A stretch of 64,000 nucleotides of DNA, from positions 7,378,001 to 7,442,000 of the forward strand of contig CM120642.1 in NCBI GenBank assembly GCA_051362555.1, written 5' to 3'. This document shows, one piece after another, positions 12,493 to 26,043 of the stretch (its first letter is position 1; each line of letters opens with the position of its first letter). The position numbers were made by a program, and so were the translations under genes. Under the pieces are notes generated by a model, which made no database searches, was not told where the DNA came from, and was given only the letters and a program-made list of their open reading frames with translations. The DNA is from Lingula anatina (taxonomy: Eukaryota > Animalia > Brachiopoda).

Positions 12493-15436
12493 TTTTATTG
12501 TACCACCAGCGTTAGCGCTGGCGGTACACATGGTTTCGGTCCCGTCCGGATCGTTCCGCCGGCTCCGCCGGCTCCGCCGGCTCCGTTGGCTCCGCCGGCT
12601 CCGCCGGCTCCGCCGGACGGCTACCGTTACCGCTTCTCCTCCTAGACGGTAAGGGCCCCCGTACCCATCTCATGGATTTAGGTCACCTATAATCTCAACT
12701 CGTTCCACGTAAAATTTGGGCTTTGTCGGTATTGGGGTCTGGGTGTGGCACTCATTACAATGCACCCTTGTCTAAAAATGGCAAAATTAAATGCTAATTA
12801 TCTACCCTACGGAAGGAGTTATGGGAAAAATTTCTATAGACGGCTTTCCAAAAGTCATATGTGTAGATTTCAAATATACCCTTGGATTTGACCTTTGACC
12901 TTTACTTCAAGGTCAAATGGGCCAAAATTTTCAAAAAAATGAAATTTTTTATGAAAAAAATTTTTTTTGCCCTGTTATTCAGACACCACACAGACTTAAC
13001 CAATAATATTATTGGAAGGTGTTACCCTTCAGGTCATCTTTCATCTCCATGAATTTGGGGTCAATCGGTGCATTTTCACGGGAGTAGCGGCCATAAGATA
13101 CCGAAACTGAAAACTGTCTCTAATTCGGGAACCGTTAATGCTAGAGACCCATTCTTTTTTGCATTTTGTAGAGCATGTAAAGCCCTACACTGGAGGTGGT
13201 CTCAGTTTTTTTGTATTCCATACGGTTTTCGAGTTACGCTGTATCAAAAAGTACATATTGGTGGTAAAAGCAAAATGTGCAGTACGGTAATGGATAATAA
13301 ATTTTGAACTCTGGAAAAATAAAACATAAGTCTTGGCAAAGCAGACAACTTGTGTTCAAAAATGACATTATTTCATCAAATTTGAACTTCTGAAACTTCA
13401 GAGCACCTCCTATTTCAAGAATTTTGACCAAAATGACATTTTCTTTATTTTAATTAATTTTTTCTGTACGAAATTTAAGGCACATTATGGTAACTCCAAA
13501 ATTATAACATTTAGTCCCTTATATCTCCAAAACTGGCAGAGATAGGTCCATAGTTACTATTGAAGTTGAATAGGAAGTCATATACTGGCAATCTTACTAT
13601 GACCTTGAAAGTGACCTTTGACCTACTTTTCACCATGAACTGAACTTTGCAAATTTTTCTTCCCTTTTATCTCCAAAACTGGCAGAGATAGGTCCATAGT
13701 TACTATTGAAGTTGAATAGGAAGTCATATACTGGCAATCCAAATGTGACCTTGAAAGTGACCTTTGACCTACTTTTCACCATGAACTGAACTTTGCAAAT
13801 TTTTCTTCCCTTTTATCTCCAAAACTGGCAGAGATAGGTCCATAGTTACTATTGAAGTTGAATAGGAAGTCATATACTGGCAATCCAAATGTGACCTTAA
13901 AATTGACCTTTGACCTACTTTTCACCATAAACTGAATTTTGCAAAATTTGCTTCCCTTTTATCTCCAAAACTGGCAGAGATAGGTCCATAGTTACTATTG
14001 AACTTGAATAGGAAGTCATATACTGGCAATCAAAATGTGACCTTAAAATTGACCTTTGACCTACTTTACACCATGAACTGAATTTTGCAAATTTTGCTTT
14101 CCTTTTATCTCCAAAACTGGCAGAGATAGGTCTATAGTTACTATTGAACTTGAATAGGAAGTCATTTACTGGCAATCTAAATGTGACCTTAAAATTGACC
14201 TTTGACCTACTTTACACCATGAACTGAATTTTGCAAATTTTGCTTTCCTTTTATCTCCAAAACTGGCTGAGATAGGTCCGTAGTTACTATTGAACTGGAA
14301 TAGGAAGTCATATACTGGCAATCTAAATGTGACCTTGAAATTGACCTTTGACCTACTTTTCACCATGAACTGAACTTTGCAAATTTTGCTTCCCTTTTAT
14401 CTCCAAAACTGGCAGAGATAGGTCCATAGTTACTATTGAACTTGAATAGGAAGTCATATACTGGCAATCTAAATGTGACCTTGAAATTGACCTTTAACCT
14501 ACTTTTCACCATGAACTGAATTTTGCAAATTTTGCTTCCCTATTATCTCCAAAACTGGCTGAGATAGGTCCATAGTTACTATTGAACTTGAATAGGAAGT
14601 CATATACTGGCAATCTAAATGTGACCTTGAAATTGACCTTTGACCTACTTTTCACCATGAACTGAACTTTGCAAATTTTGCTTTCCTTTTATCTCCAAAA
14701 CTGGCAGAGATAGGTCCATAGTTACTATTGAACTTGAAATGGAAGTCATATACTGGCAATCCAAATGTGACCTTAAAATTGACCTTTGACCTACTTTACA
14801 CCATAAACTGAATTTTGCAAATTTTGCTTTCCTTTTATCTCCAAAACTGGCTGAGATAGGTCCGTAGTTACTATTGAACTTGAATAGGAAGTCATATACT
14901 GGCATTATAAATGTGACATTAAAATTGACCTTTGTCCTACTTTTCACCATAAACTGAACTTTGCAAATTTTGCTTCCCTTTTATCTCCAAAACTGGCAGA
15001 GATAGGTCCATAGTTACTATTGAACTTGAATAGAAAGTCATATACTGGCAATCTAAATGTGACCTTGAAATTGACCTTTGACCTACTTTTTATCATGAAC
15101 TGAACTCTGCTAATTTCTTTCTCTTTTAACTTCAAACTTGACAGAGATAGGTCCATAAATACTCTTGAACTTGAATAGGAAGTCATATACTGGCAATTTA
15201 CTGTGACCTTGAAATTGACCCTTGACCTACCTTACGAAGAACTTAAATTTGATTGTACCATATATATTTTTTGCAATAGTTTAAAAATTCTTGTTGATTG
15301 AATTTTTACAGCTTGTCAAGCACAAAACTGGTGGCTGTGTCCCTTATTTTGTGTATGTGGGGGTCTATACGAATGCGCTTGCTCCAGCTGGTGGTACAAT
15401 ATTCGGAGGCGGTATCGCCTCTCTGATCCTCTAGTT
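12493..15436 (+). mobile_element. Non-autonomous Helentron-type element (HINE/pearl-like), family Z copy 1, carrying an internal satellite
   Basis: Subterminal IRs ttgtaccaccagc / gctggtggtacaa, 5' hairpin gtaccaccagcg-tag-cgctggcggtac, (ccggctccg)n microsatellite, 3' hairpin gaggcg..cgcctc then ctagtt; T-rich flanks. Confidence 0.75.
13522..15230. repeat. Tandem array of a 146-bp monomer, about 11.7 copies
   Basis: tatctccaaaactggc recurs at 13522, 13668, 13814, 13960 and onward; monomer contains tgaccttga/tgacctttgacct motifs. Confidence 0.95.
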
Positions 15437-16631
15437 AATTTTGTAGGTTTTGTCAATCTGTAAGACCATATTTTAGGAACAGTTTATTTAACTGGACAGT
15501 TTGAAGTGAAGTGTTTTGCTAAATAAGTGAATTGAATTTTTAAAATATTCTAGATATAATTGACAGTGGATATGTAGAAATATATACAGTAAATTGTAAC
15601 AAGGCAGGTTTCCTTTGAACATTTTTAACAAGTATTTTTCTCTAACTTTTAATATTAAATTGCATTTTATTATGTCTGCAAGTTTTAAATATTAATTATG
15701 AGTGAAGATAATCTCTGCATTAAATAAAGCTTAACATATAAATAAATGAAGTTGACAGATTAAAATATAGGCGTGAAAGTTTTTGAATGATAGGGATGGC
15801 CATTCAGTACTTTTTGAAATTATTCAAATGGTGAAGATTTTTTTTTTTTTTTTTTGTATTTTGTTTGTAGTTCAGATTGTTTTGGATGTGGTTTTAGTGA
15901 TTCGGAGATGGCACAAAGTTTACTGTAAAAAGGGTTTAAGGTTTGGTTGTAGAGAAATTTTTTAATTTAAAAAGTGCATTATGTTAGGTGATATATTTTG
16001 TTGAAAGTGCCACTTCATAAAGCGGCTAAGAAAACATTACATTTAAGGCATATAATTATCAAAAGTAATAATCACTATTACAGAAATAAAATAAAAATTT
16101 CATTAACTTTCCCTTCACCAAGGTATTTTAAATCCATAACTGTTGACAACTGGTTTTCGAGATCTAAAATTTTTGCTACAGGTCATGGGAATATACCAGT
16201 CTCTTTAAAAGTTGGAATCAAAAACAAAATTATAGGTGGTAATTATGTCAACAAATTTGGACATGGTGGTCATGGGAAGAGTCGCAAATTTCCAGGAAAA
16301 TGATTTTTTCTACTGTATAAGTATCTCCCTTTCATTGTATGCCTGTACTTCCTATAGGGCACCTTTATCATTAAAATGGAATTCACATGAAAACCATGTG
16401 TATAGGATATTGCATTTAATTATTGTTCATATAATATTTTAAAGTAATTGTACAGTTTGTTCTTTTCTTTAACTTAGTAACTTATTGCTTTAATGAATGA
16501 CTTTATATGTATATAAATGCACCTGCACTTGTTTTTTTAGACAACTATGTATATATAGCTAATTTATCATAAATATATAATACACTTTTTGAAACTAATA
16601 TAACCATCTGGAGACAGATGACAGTTTCAGG

Positions 16632-16879
16632 CCTTATAAATGGATTAGGTGTTTACTAACACTACATACAGATTTTTTAGCACTAATGCCCATATTAACC
16701 ACAAAACACAAATTAACCAGCACACCATACAATTATTTACCACCAACAAAGCGATACCTAACATTAAAGTTCATTTGCTCTGGTAGTGCTGGTTAATTTG
16801 TGGTTTATGTGGTTAATATGGGTGTTAGTGCTAAAAGATCTGTGGGTAGTGTTTGTAAATGCCTAATCTGTTTATAAGG
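16632..16879. mobile_element. Foldback MITE-like palindrome, about 100-bp arms
   Basis: ccttataaa..attagg..ttagcactaa..cccatattaaccaca..aattaaccagcac mirrored by gtgctggttaatt..tgtggttaatatggg..ttagtgctaa..cctaat..tttataagg. Confidence 0.8.
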
Positions 16880-18372
16880 TCTGAGGCTGCTTTGCTGTGG
16901 TGCCAAGTATGTTATGTTGACCTCCCAGCCCCGACTCATCATGTTGACCTTCAATACGAAAGATTGGTTGAATGAGATGCCACATAAGTTCAGTAGGCCT
17001 GTTGAGCACTTTTACTTTTTCCAATAGAATTATGCATTTTGTAATTTTTATACCATGATCATGTCCTGACACAGTACAATACCACCAGTGATTAATTTAT
17101 CTGCAGACAGCCCCCCCCCCCCCCCCCCCCCAATAAAAAAATTAATATTCAAAATGGAAGGTATTCAGTTTCTACAAAAAGCAATAAATAAGGTCAAATT
17201 GTATTCGGTTGTATTCAATATTGAATTTATTTTGTTTCATTTTTTCACAGCAACAGATTAAAGGGCCATGATCGACCAATGCCAGATATTGAAGGACTTT
17301 GGCAAAGAAAACTAAATACCCATTGGTCTAGTAATGAAAAGCAATTAGCACTTAAACAACATGTATACAATGAAAATTAAATTTGTATAGACTGTCAGAT
17401 AAATAGGATATACAAAGGGTGTGGACTTAAAGCTAGAATGGATTCCATTACATCCACCAAGAAAAAGCTAATGCTTTTACAGGCATAGTTTTATTTGGAA
17501 AATATCTAAGAGTTGTTTTGATGACATTTTGAAAAAGGTTTTCATTGCGTTTTTATTGGCAGAGGTTTGCACTCATGGGATGCTCCCTAATTCAGATTTT
17601 AGTTTATTTGTAACAAGTCTGTATAATGCTGCTGCTGTATTGAATGGTATTGAATAACTAACCAATGGCATGTTATTGACTGGAAGTAAGCAATTACCCA
17701 AGACCATTTTTTTTTTTACTAGATTATGCCTTGAACTAATTTTCCTTCACAGTGAAACCAATAATTGTTTGTTTTAAAATATCTTATGTAATTTTCTATG
17801 TGGAATAAATGTAGCTACACGTATAAATGAAGAAAGTTTGTTACTATTTACTAAAATTATCATACAACTGTCACTAACAATTAAAGGTTATGTAAGGACT
17901 AGTTACAACACGACTCGTCGACTAAATGCAACATACAAGAGCATAATTATATTGAGGCACAGCAGAGATACAATTTGCTATTGTATGTTGCATACAGTGG
18001 ACAATGAGTATACGTAGTTGTAATTGACTTATACCAAAGCTTGATGCCTCAAACAATAGGATGAACGCACCAAAGTGAATGAAAAAAAAGGCAAGCATGT
18101 ATGCGAAATACAAGTGCAATTATCCTATTGCTCAAAGCACCAGCCATGGTATAAGTTTTTTAAAATAAAATACCTTTTACTTGCACAATTCTCAGAATAA
18201 AGCCACTCTATATAATTCTGGTAAGCCAATTGTTTTTATATAAATTTACATATCTTGTTCAAACTGTAACTGGCTGATATACCTGCTGTACATGACTACA
18301 GCAAATTAACAAAAACTCATTTATAAATCCTGAAATCAATTAAACATGTCCATGTAAAGTACAGTTTAAGAA

Positions 18373-18373
<1 letters not shown>

Positions 18374-18445
<72 letters not shown>
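18374..18445. repeat. (TA)n microsatellite
   Basis: Direct reading. Confidence 0.95.
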
Positions 18446-18454
<9 letters not shown>

Positions 18455-18968
18455 TTTTCATCAGCAAAATTGCAAAACATGCACTTTATGACACAATGGG
18501 TTAAAATGGAATGCCAACTGACTTAAGAAGAACAAATTTAAACATATGTCACATCATGTCTATAAATGAAAAACATATATATAATCCATCAGCAAAATTG
18601 CAAAAAAAGTGCATTAAACGACACAAATTATTCTAAAATGCATTGGTTAAATTGGAAACTCAAGTAACTTGCATGTACAAAGTGTATATCATTATTAAAA
18701 CATTAACGTCTTTTTTTAATGCAAAATTATACAAAATCACTTTTTAGAGATCAATGTTACCATCACAGCACTAAAAATAACTTCAAATGAAAGCAATAAA
18801 AAATATACACAGGTAAAAAATTGCATGATTTACCAAACTATACAAATTCTAAGGATGGAAACAACTGGCACATTGCCTTTGTTTAAATATTACAAGTACA
18901 ATTTGGATTGTACTTTGCTTTCAAAAGAAATGTGCACATATTCAATATTTGTATAAATATACATTGAT

Positions 18969-19328
18969 TTATCTTGCATTAAAGCTGATTGGTTGTGTTG
19001 CATCCACTGGTTTTTCATCCTCCTCAAAATCAGGCTCTGGTTCAAGTTTGTCTGCAATGTGACCTTGACCTGTGGTTTTCAATGCCACTTTGAAGTGCCA
19101 CAATGGTTCCTTGGCACAGTCACAGGACAAGAGTGCCTTGAACATAGCACCGAATGCTTTTTCCCTTGATTGTGCATTAGCTTTTTTAATTTCATCCATC
19201 TGGTTTTCATCAATAACTTCCTTTTCATACAGATAATCCAACAACCGGACTGGGTCGTAGACTTCTTCTTTGACAAATGTTAAGTTCTTGCGTAGACATC
19301 TAAACTCATCTCCCCTATTCTTACATAT
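18969..19328 (-). CDS. Terminal exon encoding a CARD-like death-fold domain
   Basis: LRKNLTFVKEEVYDPVRLLDYLYEKEVIDENQMDEIK..SREKA..LL..FKVALKTTGQGHIADKL fits the six-helix CARD pattern; acceptor tttcag, phase 0. Confidence 0.75.
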   Translation of the reverse strand: MCKNRGDEFRCLRKNLTFVKEEVYDPVRLLDYLYEKEVIDENQMDEIKKANAQSREKAFGAMFKALLSCDCAKEPLWHFKVALKTTGQGHIADKLEPEPDFEEDEKPVDATQPISFNAR

Positions 19329-22300
19329 CTGAAAGACGAATAATAATAAATATCAGCACACACCATGATGAAGTAGTCTCTTTCACATGGAAATGGAAAA
19401 GAATCTGCACCTACAATGTATTACTACTGCCATTTAAATAAACATGGACAGAGCACATTCACATTGAGAAGAGCCGAGGCTCAACAAGGCCGAGACCTAA
19501 ATATGGCGGACATACATGAAAGAAAAACTGCTTAATCCTTAAATGTTCTCTCAATGACATTCAATGGCATTCATTGAGAGACCATTAAAGGGTTACGCAG
19601 CCTGCCTTAAGGGTGGGAGGACATCTACTGAACCACATCTGGGTACATAAAGGTCCTATATGTAGGGAATGGAATTCACTTTCACTTCTACTAAGGATAC
19701 ATTTGACTTCTTTTAAAAAGGAATTCAAGACTTCTTTTTAGTAAAATTTTTGAATAGAATTTTTATGTTTCATAAAAGACTTTTTACAGTAAATGATAAA
19801 GTAGCATTTTTTACTCTATGATATTTGTTTAAATTAATTTTTCCTATTTTTATCAATTTTTTTCTTTTCTTTTTTTTTACTAGCCTTTATTACTATGTAT
19901 TCACTTTGCATTGTAAAGCATCCTGAACAGGTATGGGTTTTAGACTCAAACTATTATTATTATTATTAAAGGTGCCTGCTGTTTCCTTGCTTGGCACACA
20001 TCGGAGTGCTTTTCTAGTTTAAATATATATTGATTTATCTTGCATTAAAGCTGATTGGTTGTGTTGCATCCACTTGTGTATTGTCCTTTTCAAAATCAGA
20101 CTCAGGTTGAAGCAGAGGTGAAATACCTGGTTTGAGAGTGAAATCTGTTTATCGTATGCTTGTCTTCAGTGCCTCTAATGGCGGCTGGGCACTAACCTAC
20201 CCAGGAAGTTGACACCATCTACATCAAGGCAAATCAGGGACAAAAATATGCCAGCCATATTGTAATTTATTGTCAAATACACTGCAGAGAGTAGTGCAAA
20301 TCCACTGCATTTATAAGAACTGGAACTTACGTTTAACACTCCACCTTTAAAATGACCACTGTTCCTTCAAGCCTTTTGAGGAATAAAATCAGAGATGCAC
20401 AGCTGCCAAGATTTGGAAGGGCAAGCTACATAATTCATTATTTCTCAATGTGCATCACACATTGTATTTTGATTATGGAAAAAGGACCATTTTAGGGAAA
20501 GATTTAAGTTGCTGGGAGCAAGTGGTAGCTCCTGACCCAGTGCTTGGACAATACAGATATAGTTGGTTTTTCAAGTCCGTCTTACTATAGCTCATTAAAT
20601 ATGTTTTCTAATCAGGTTTTTTATTGGCTTTCCCAAAGGCAAGTATGGGTCTTCTCAAATAGGAACAAATAATTGTTGACTGCAGCGACAAGAATTTTAA
20701 TATAACGTAATCCTCCTGCTTTTTGTAAAAATTACTAATAAGCCGTACAAAAAACTTTTTGGTTTAGTTTCAATGGGAATATTTTACATGAACATGTTAT
20801 AAAACCTTTTAGGAAATGAGAAAAATGCTTGGCCAGGCCTTCAATATACATGTGGGGTACAAAAAGTTTTCTTTATTTGTTAAAGACACAGGTAGCTTTC
20901 TAAAATCGGCATGATCAGTACCATATACCATAATTATTGTTGTTGTTGTTTTTTTTTTTTTGCACAATTTTGGTGATGTCCGTGACATAACTTTAAAACT
21001 GTATTTTTGTTTTACCTTAAATTTACTGAATGGCTTTGCTTGAATAAGAGGTACATTATTTTTGAAAATTGGCACGATTAGTTTACATAAAAGGTAATTA
21101 TTCCATTTTTTGCACAATTCTAGTGATGTTCACCCCATATATACCAAACCCTACTTTTGTTTTACTTTAAATTAATTGAGTGGCCTTGTTTGGTAAAGCA
21201 GCAGTTTGCTTTCAAAAATGAGCATTGTCAGTTTACATTTATGGTAATTATTCTATTTTTTTAAGGGTGAAATTTTAATTTTACACAGTGGCTTTTATAT
21301 CACATAGATTGGAATTGAATTTGCTAGTTTTTCAATGTACATGTTACCTGTAGTACTTACTGTAGGAGGAAAAGAGTGATTGTACTATTTTAAAGCATTA
21401 TGTAACAGTGCATCAAAATAGGCCAAAACATTATTTTGTGCACTTTTTTCTGCATAATATTTAAACATTTGACAACTTTGCTGCCTTGTCTCCTGTATTG
21501 TGTCTGTATATTTGTCAGCTTTGCTGTCTAGTTGTAAGTTTGAGAATAAAAATAAAACTGCAGCGACAAGAATTTTAATATAACGTAATCCTCCTGCTTT
21601 TTGTAAAAATTACTAATAAGCCGTACAAAAAACTTTTTGGTTTAGTTTCAATGGGAATATTTTACATGAACATGTTATAAAACCTTTTAGGAAATGAGAA
21701 AAATGCTTGGCCAGGCCTTCAATATACATGTGGGGTACAAAAAGTTTTCTTTATTTGTTAAAGACACAGGTAGCTTTCTAAAATCGGCATGATCAGTACC
21801 ATATACCATAATTATTGTTGTTGTTTTTTTTTTTTTTTTGCACAATTTTGGTGATGTCCGTGACATAACTTTAAAACTGTATTTTTGTTTTACCTTAAAT
21901 TTACTGAATGGCTTTGCTTGAATAAGAGGTACATTATTTTTGAAAATTGGCACGATTAGTTTACATAAAAGGTAATTATTCCATTTTTTGCACAATTCTA
22001 GTGATGTTCACCCCATATATACCAAACCCTACTTTTGTTTTACTTTAAATTAATTGAGTGGCCTTGTTTGGTAAAGCAGCAGTTTGCTTTCAAAAATGAG
22101 CATTGTCAGTTTACATTTATGGTAATTATTCTATTTTTTTAAGGGTGAAATTTTAATTTTACACAGTGGCTTTTATATCACATAGATTGGAATTGAATTT
22201 GCTAGTTTTTCAATGTACATGTTACCTGTAGTACTTACTGTAGGAGGAAAAGAGTGATTGTACTATTTTAAAGCATTATGTAACAGTGCATCAAAATAGG

Positions 22301-25300
22301 CCAAAACATTATTTTGTGCACTTTTTTCTGCATAATATTTAAACATTTGACAACTTTGCTGCCTTGTCTCCTGTATTGTGTCTGTATATTTGTCAGCTTT
22401 GCTGTCTAGTTGTAAGTTTGAGAATAAAAATAAAACACAAACAGTGAGGTAGAAAATAAAAAAAACGAGTCTTACATACACATACACAAGGTGAGTACAA
22501 GCATGGCAGTAGTATCCAACTGGAGTACCACACACGCAGACAACGCTCATATCTGTTTTTCTTTTTTATTTTTATGGTGACCAAAGATGCAGGTAATGGC
22601 TATATGTACAAACACACTGTGTCTGTACATATAAATATCTAATAACTTGTAATTTTTCTGTGAAAACTTACTTTTAGCCCTTACATATAATTTTATTCTT
22701 TTAATTGATCAAATTTTGAATTTATACTTTCTATTAACTTGACCTGTTTAATAATAACAAAAGTGGAGTTAACCAATACAGTCTAAACAACACCCACCTT
22801 CATCTCTATGACAACAGCTGAAGAAACATGCCCCTCTTTACTCAAGAACTTCACCAGCTTCAACAGATGTTTCAGAGAGCAGTTCACCTTGCAGAAGACA
22901 ATGTCAAATCTGGATGGCCCATCTGGTCTAAACAAATCCTCAGCACTGGGGATGGTTGGGTCAGGATAATGGGTATGAGTATATCTCAAAACTTTTCTCC
23001 ACACTTTATCCTGCTGGAATGCAGCATTTAACTCATCTGAAACTTTTTTGCTGATAAATTTATAGTTCTTCAATTCTTCTGGTGGTTGATTCCTGTGCTC
23101 TCTGAATTCATACTGACTTGGACTTTGGAACATTTGTGGGCATGACTGACTTTGAAGAGATGAATGGCCTTGACTTAGTGGGAAGATCCCTTGACCTGTT
23201 ACCTTATTATCAGTATGGATAGGGTTTTCAACAGTGTATCTCTCACGATAATAGACTTCCCTCTGAAAAGAGGTACATGTACTTCTCTGGGTTGGTGTTG
23301 ATGTAGTTTCTGACCTGCTGGATTCAGGTGAGGGTGGCAGGGACACTTGACTCTTGCAGCAAGCATACTGAGCAGTAGAATCCTGACCAAACTGCAGGTG
23401 TCCCTTTGATTTTGAAGTACCTGTTTTTTTCTGTAAAAGCAATTTACAAAAACAGTGGTCAAAGCCCCCTTTTTACATCAAAATAAAATGAGAAAATGAG
23501 AAATAAAATAAGAAAAGGAAATTAACTCAATTCCAGAACCTCTCATGAAACATATCTGAAAAATATCTTGCCTATGATGTTCATTTGCTTATTAGAGCAA
23601 AAATAACTCTTCCTTTGAAATTCAAAATTCCCCAAGAAATACATTGTAAGCAACGCATGGAAATATATTATGGTGCATTTTACCACTAAAATGGCTGTTA
23701 TTGTAATAAAACTAAAATCTGTGCTAATCAATCAGGCTTTCGATGCCTTTTTTTCATGGTTGTCAAGGCAGCCTTTGCCAATGACATTGGGATGTCATGC
23801 GGATTCTCGCGTTCATTTAATACAAAAAAAAAAAAAAAAAAAAAAAAACAAATGACAGCATAAGAAAGCAGACGCATGATGCAATCCTAAGCCATAAGTT
23901 TCAAGTTTTTGTACAGTGCATTGGACGACGAAAAGTCCAGAATCGCACACATTGTAGATATTAATGCATTTTGAGCAATAAGACGATATATCTTATGATT
24001 CTTATATTATTGTTATATAGTGTTGTTGTTGTCTGCTTTTCCTGCAGTTTTAAGTAGGTCACCATAAATCGCGCTTGATATCGCATGACTGTGCAATGTC
24101 AGAGAGGGCTCTGTCAGTTAAAATCTCTTAAGAAAGCGAAACGTTTAGGAAAGCAAAAAGCGAAACGTTTAGGAAAAAAACCCAGGACTAACTTTGAATG
24201 CAGGAATAGGGTCGTTGACCATTGGTTACTATGGGAAAATTGCCGTTTACTCTAGGTAAATCCAATTTTTGGCCAAAACGAAGAGTCATTATGACTTTAA
24301 GATATTAATCCAATGTGGCTTTTTTTTAACCTGCTTTGTTTATCCCCAATTTTAACAAATTATTTATTTTTGCAAAGTTTTATATGTTTATATCAAAACT
24401 CATCATTTTTTATCACAAATTTACCTCCTCTGCTTCTTCAAACCATATGTGACAATGCTCAACAGAAAATGGTCGACGGCAGCTAGAGCACCCTATTTTA
24501 GGATACTTTGGCAAAGACTCCTTCAGATCTGGACTCAATTCCATCCAGTTCTTACATTCAGTGTGATAGATGAGACAACTGGTGCTAAGATCTGGACAAT
24601 ATAATCTGGCTACCTTTGCAAGCTGTTCTTCAATGAATTCCCGTGCTGCAACATACAAATCTTTGGAGGAGTGGGGCTTGTTTAAATCCTGCATCTCAAG
24701 ACGGATGCTGTATGGTCTTTTCCACAAGGTGAGCACAAGCATGGCAGCAGGATCCAATTGCAGTCGCACACAGTTGGCAAGTAGACAACCCTCATATAGT
24801 TCATATCTGTGTAGACAAGCAGCAACTAGCCTATGAAATAGACAGTTTGGGAGAAATTTCTGCTGGGACACATAACATAAAGAAGTTTGAAGAATGTCCC
24901 TATCTTGGCTGCATATTGGTGTTTCCTCTTGGACCTTCTTGGCTTGACAAGGGACAAAATACTGGGCAGAACCAGACTTGCTGCACTTGGGATGTTTACT
25001 GATAATATCAAACTTCTCCATGACGTGCAAAATTGCCTTCTTGTTTTCATAAAGAGTAGGGTCATGATGGACCTTCTTATCCCAAACTGCACTGACCAAT
25101 TTCTCATCCAAGATGGCTTTTTCATGGAGCTTTTCCCAAAATTCATGTGTCTTGGAACAGCGATCCTCATACTTAGGCAATGTTATTATGGAGCTAAAAG
25201 CATTAATAAGCCACTGTGGATCTAAAATTACAATGTCCTCAAGTCCTTTTTCATCAAAATAGATCACCTCTCCCAAAGCATGAAGAAACACTAGACATGC

Positions 25301-25984
25301 CTTGACTTCTGTCAGGTCTGTCATGGAAATGGGTTCCTTTCCTGCTAATCGTAAGACATCATCCAGCTTCATAACCATTTTCTTACTTTGTTTGCGCAGC
25401 TGAGACTCTAATTCCAGCCATTTGCAGGGATGGTCTTCTCCCCAATAAGGCTGTTCTCTTGCAATGCCCATTACGCACTCTTTGAGGACATTCAGTTCAG
25501 GATCATTTTCATCAGTAGCATTGACCACGAAGTATTTCTTGTTATAAACATGATGGTTGTGGCTGTGCTTCCCTTTCAAATGTTGCCGTACATTTTTGCA
25601 AAATACTTCAATCTGGAAAGAAGTATAAGATAGAAAACTTTAGTTCACACAATTTTTCACGTAAAATGGCACATTACAGCTGGTCCTTCCAGTAGAAAAA
25701 AGAACCATGCAGTTAAAATAAATGTCTTACTTAGGCATAAATATGAAAATGAATAAAAATTTGACCATGTCCAGTTTTATACATGGACTCTGTTTAAGTC
25801 CCACAGGCAACCCAACACAGGGTTCTGCTTAAACAAAGCACCAACATCAATGGCACAGTGACCACAAGACGATATTACTAGTTTATACATTTGGCGATTA
25901 GTCAGTATTTTACTATTTACTTAATCACGGTAAAATCTTGAAAATTAATGTTTTTAATTGTGTAAATCTGACTAATTTTTCAAA

Positions 25985-26043
<59 letters not shown>

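Noticed and set aside
13915-15186. Repeated short ORFs on the minus strand
   Set aside because: Translations of the 146-bp satellite monomer
20809-21995. Duplicated 102-aa ORFs
   Set aside because: By-product of the 878-bp intronic duplication; no recognisable domain
22476-22552. Possible Cys-rich cassette exon of the ROCO gene
   Set aside because: Has AG/GT sites, but gives an immediate stop in the phase of the preceding donor; the flanking exons join in frame without it
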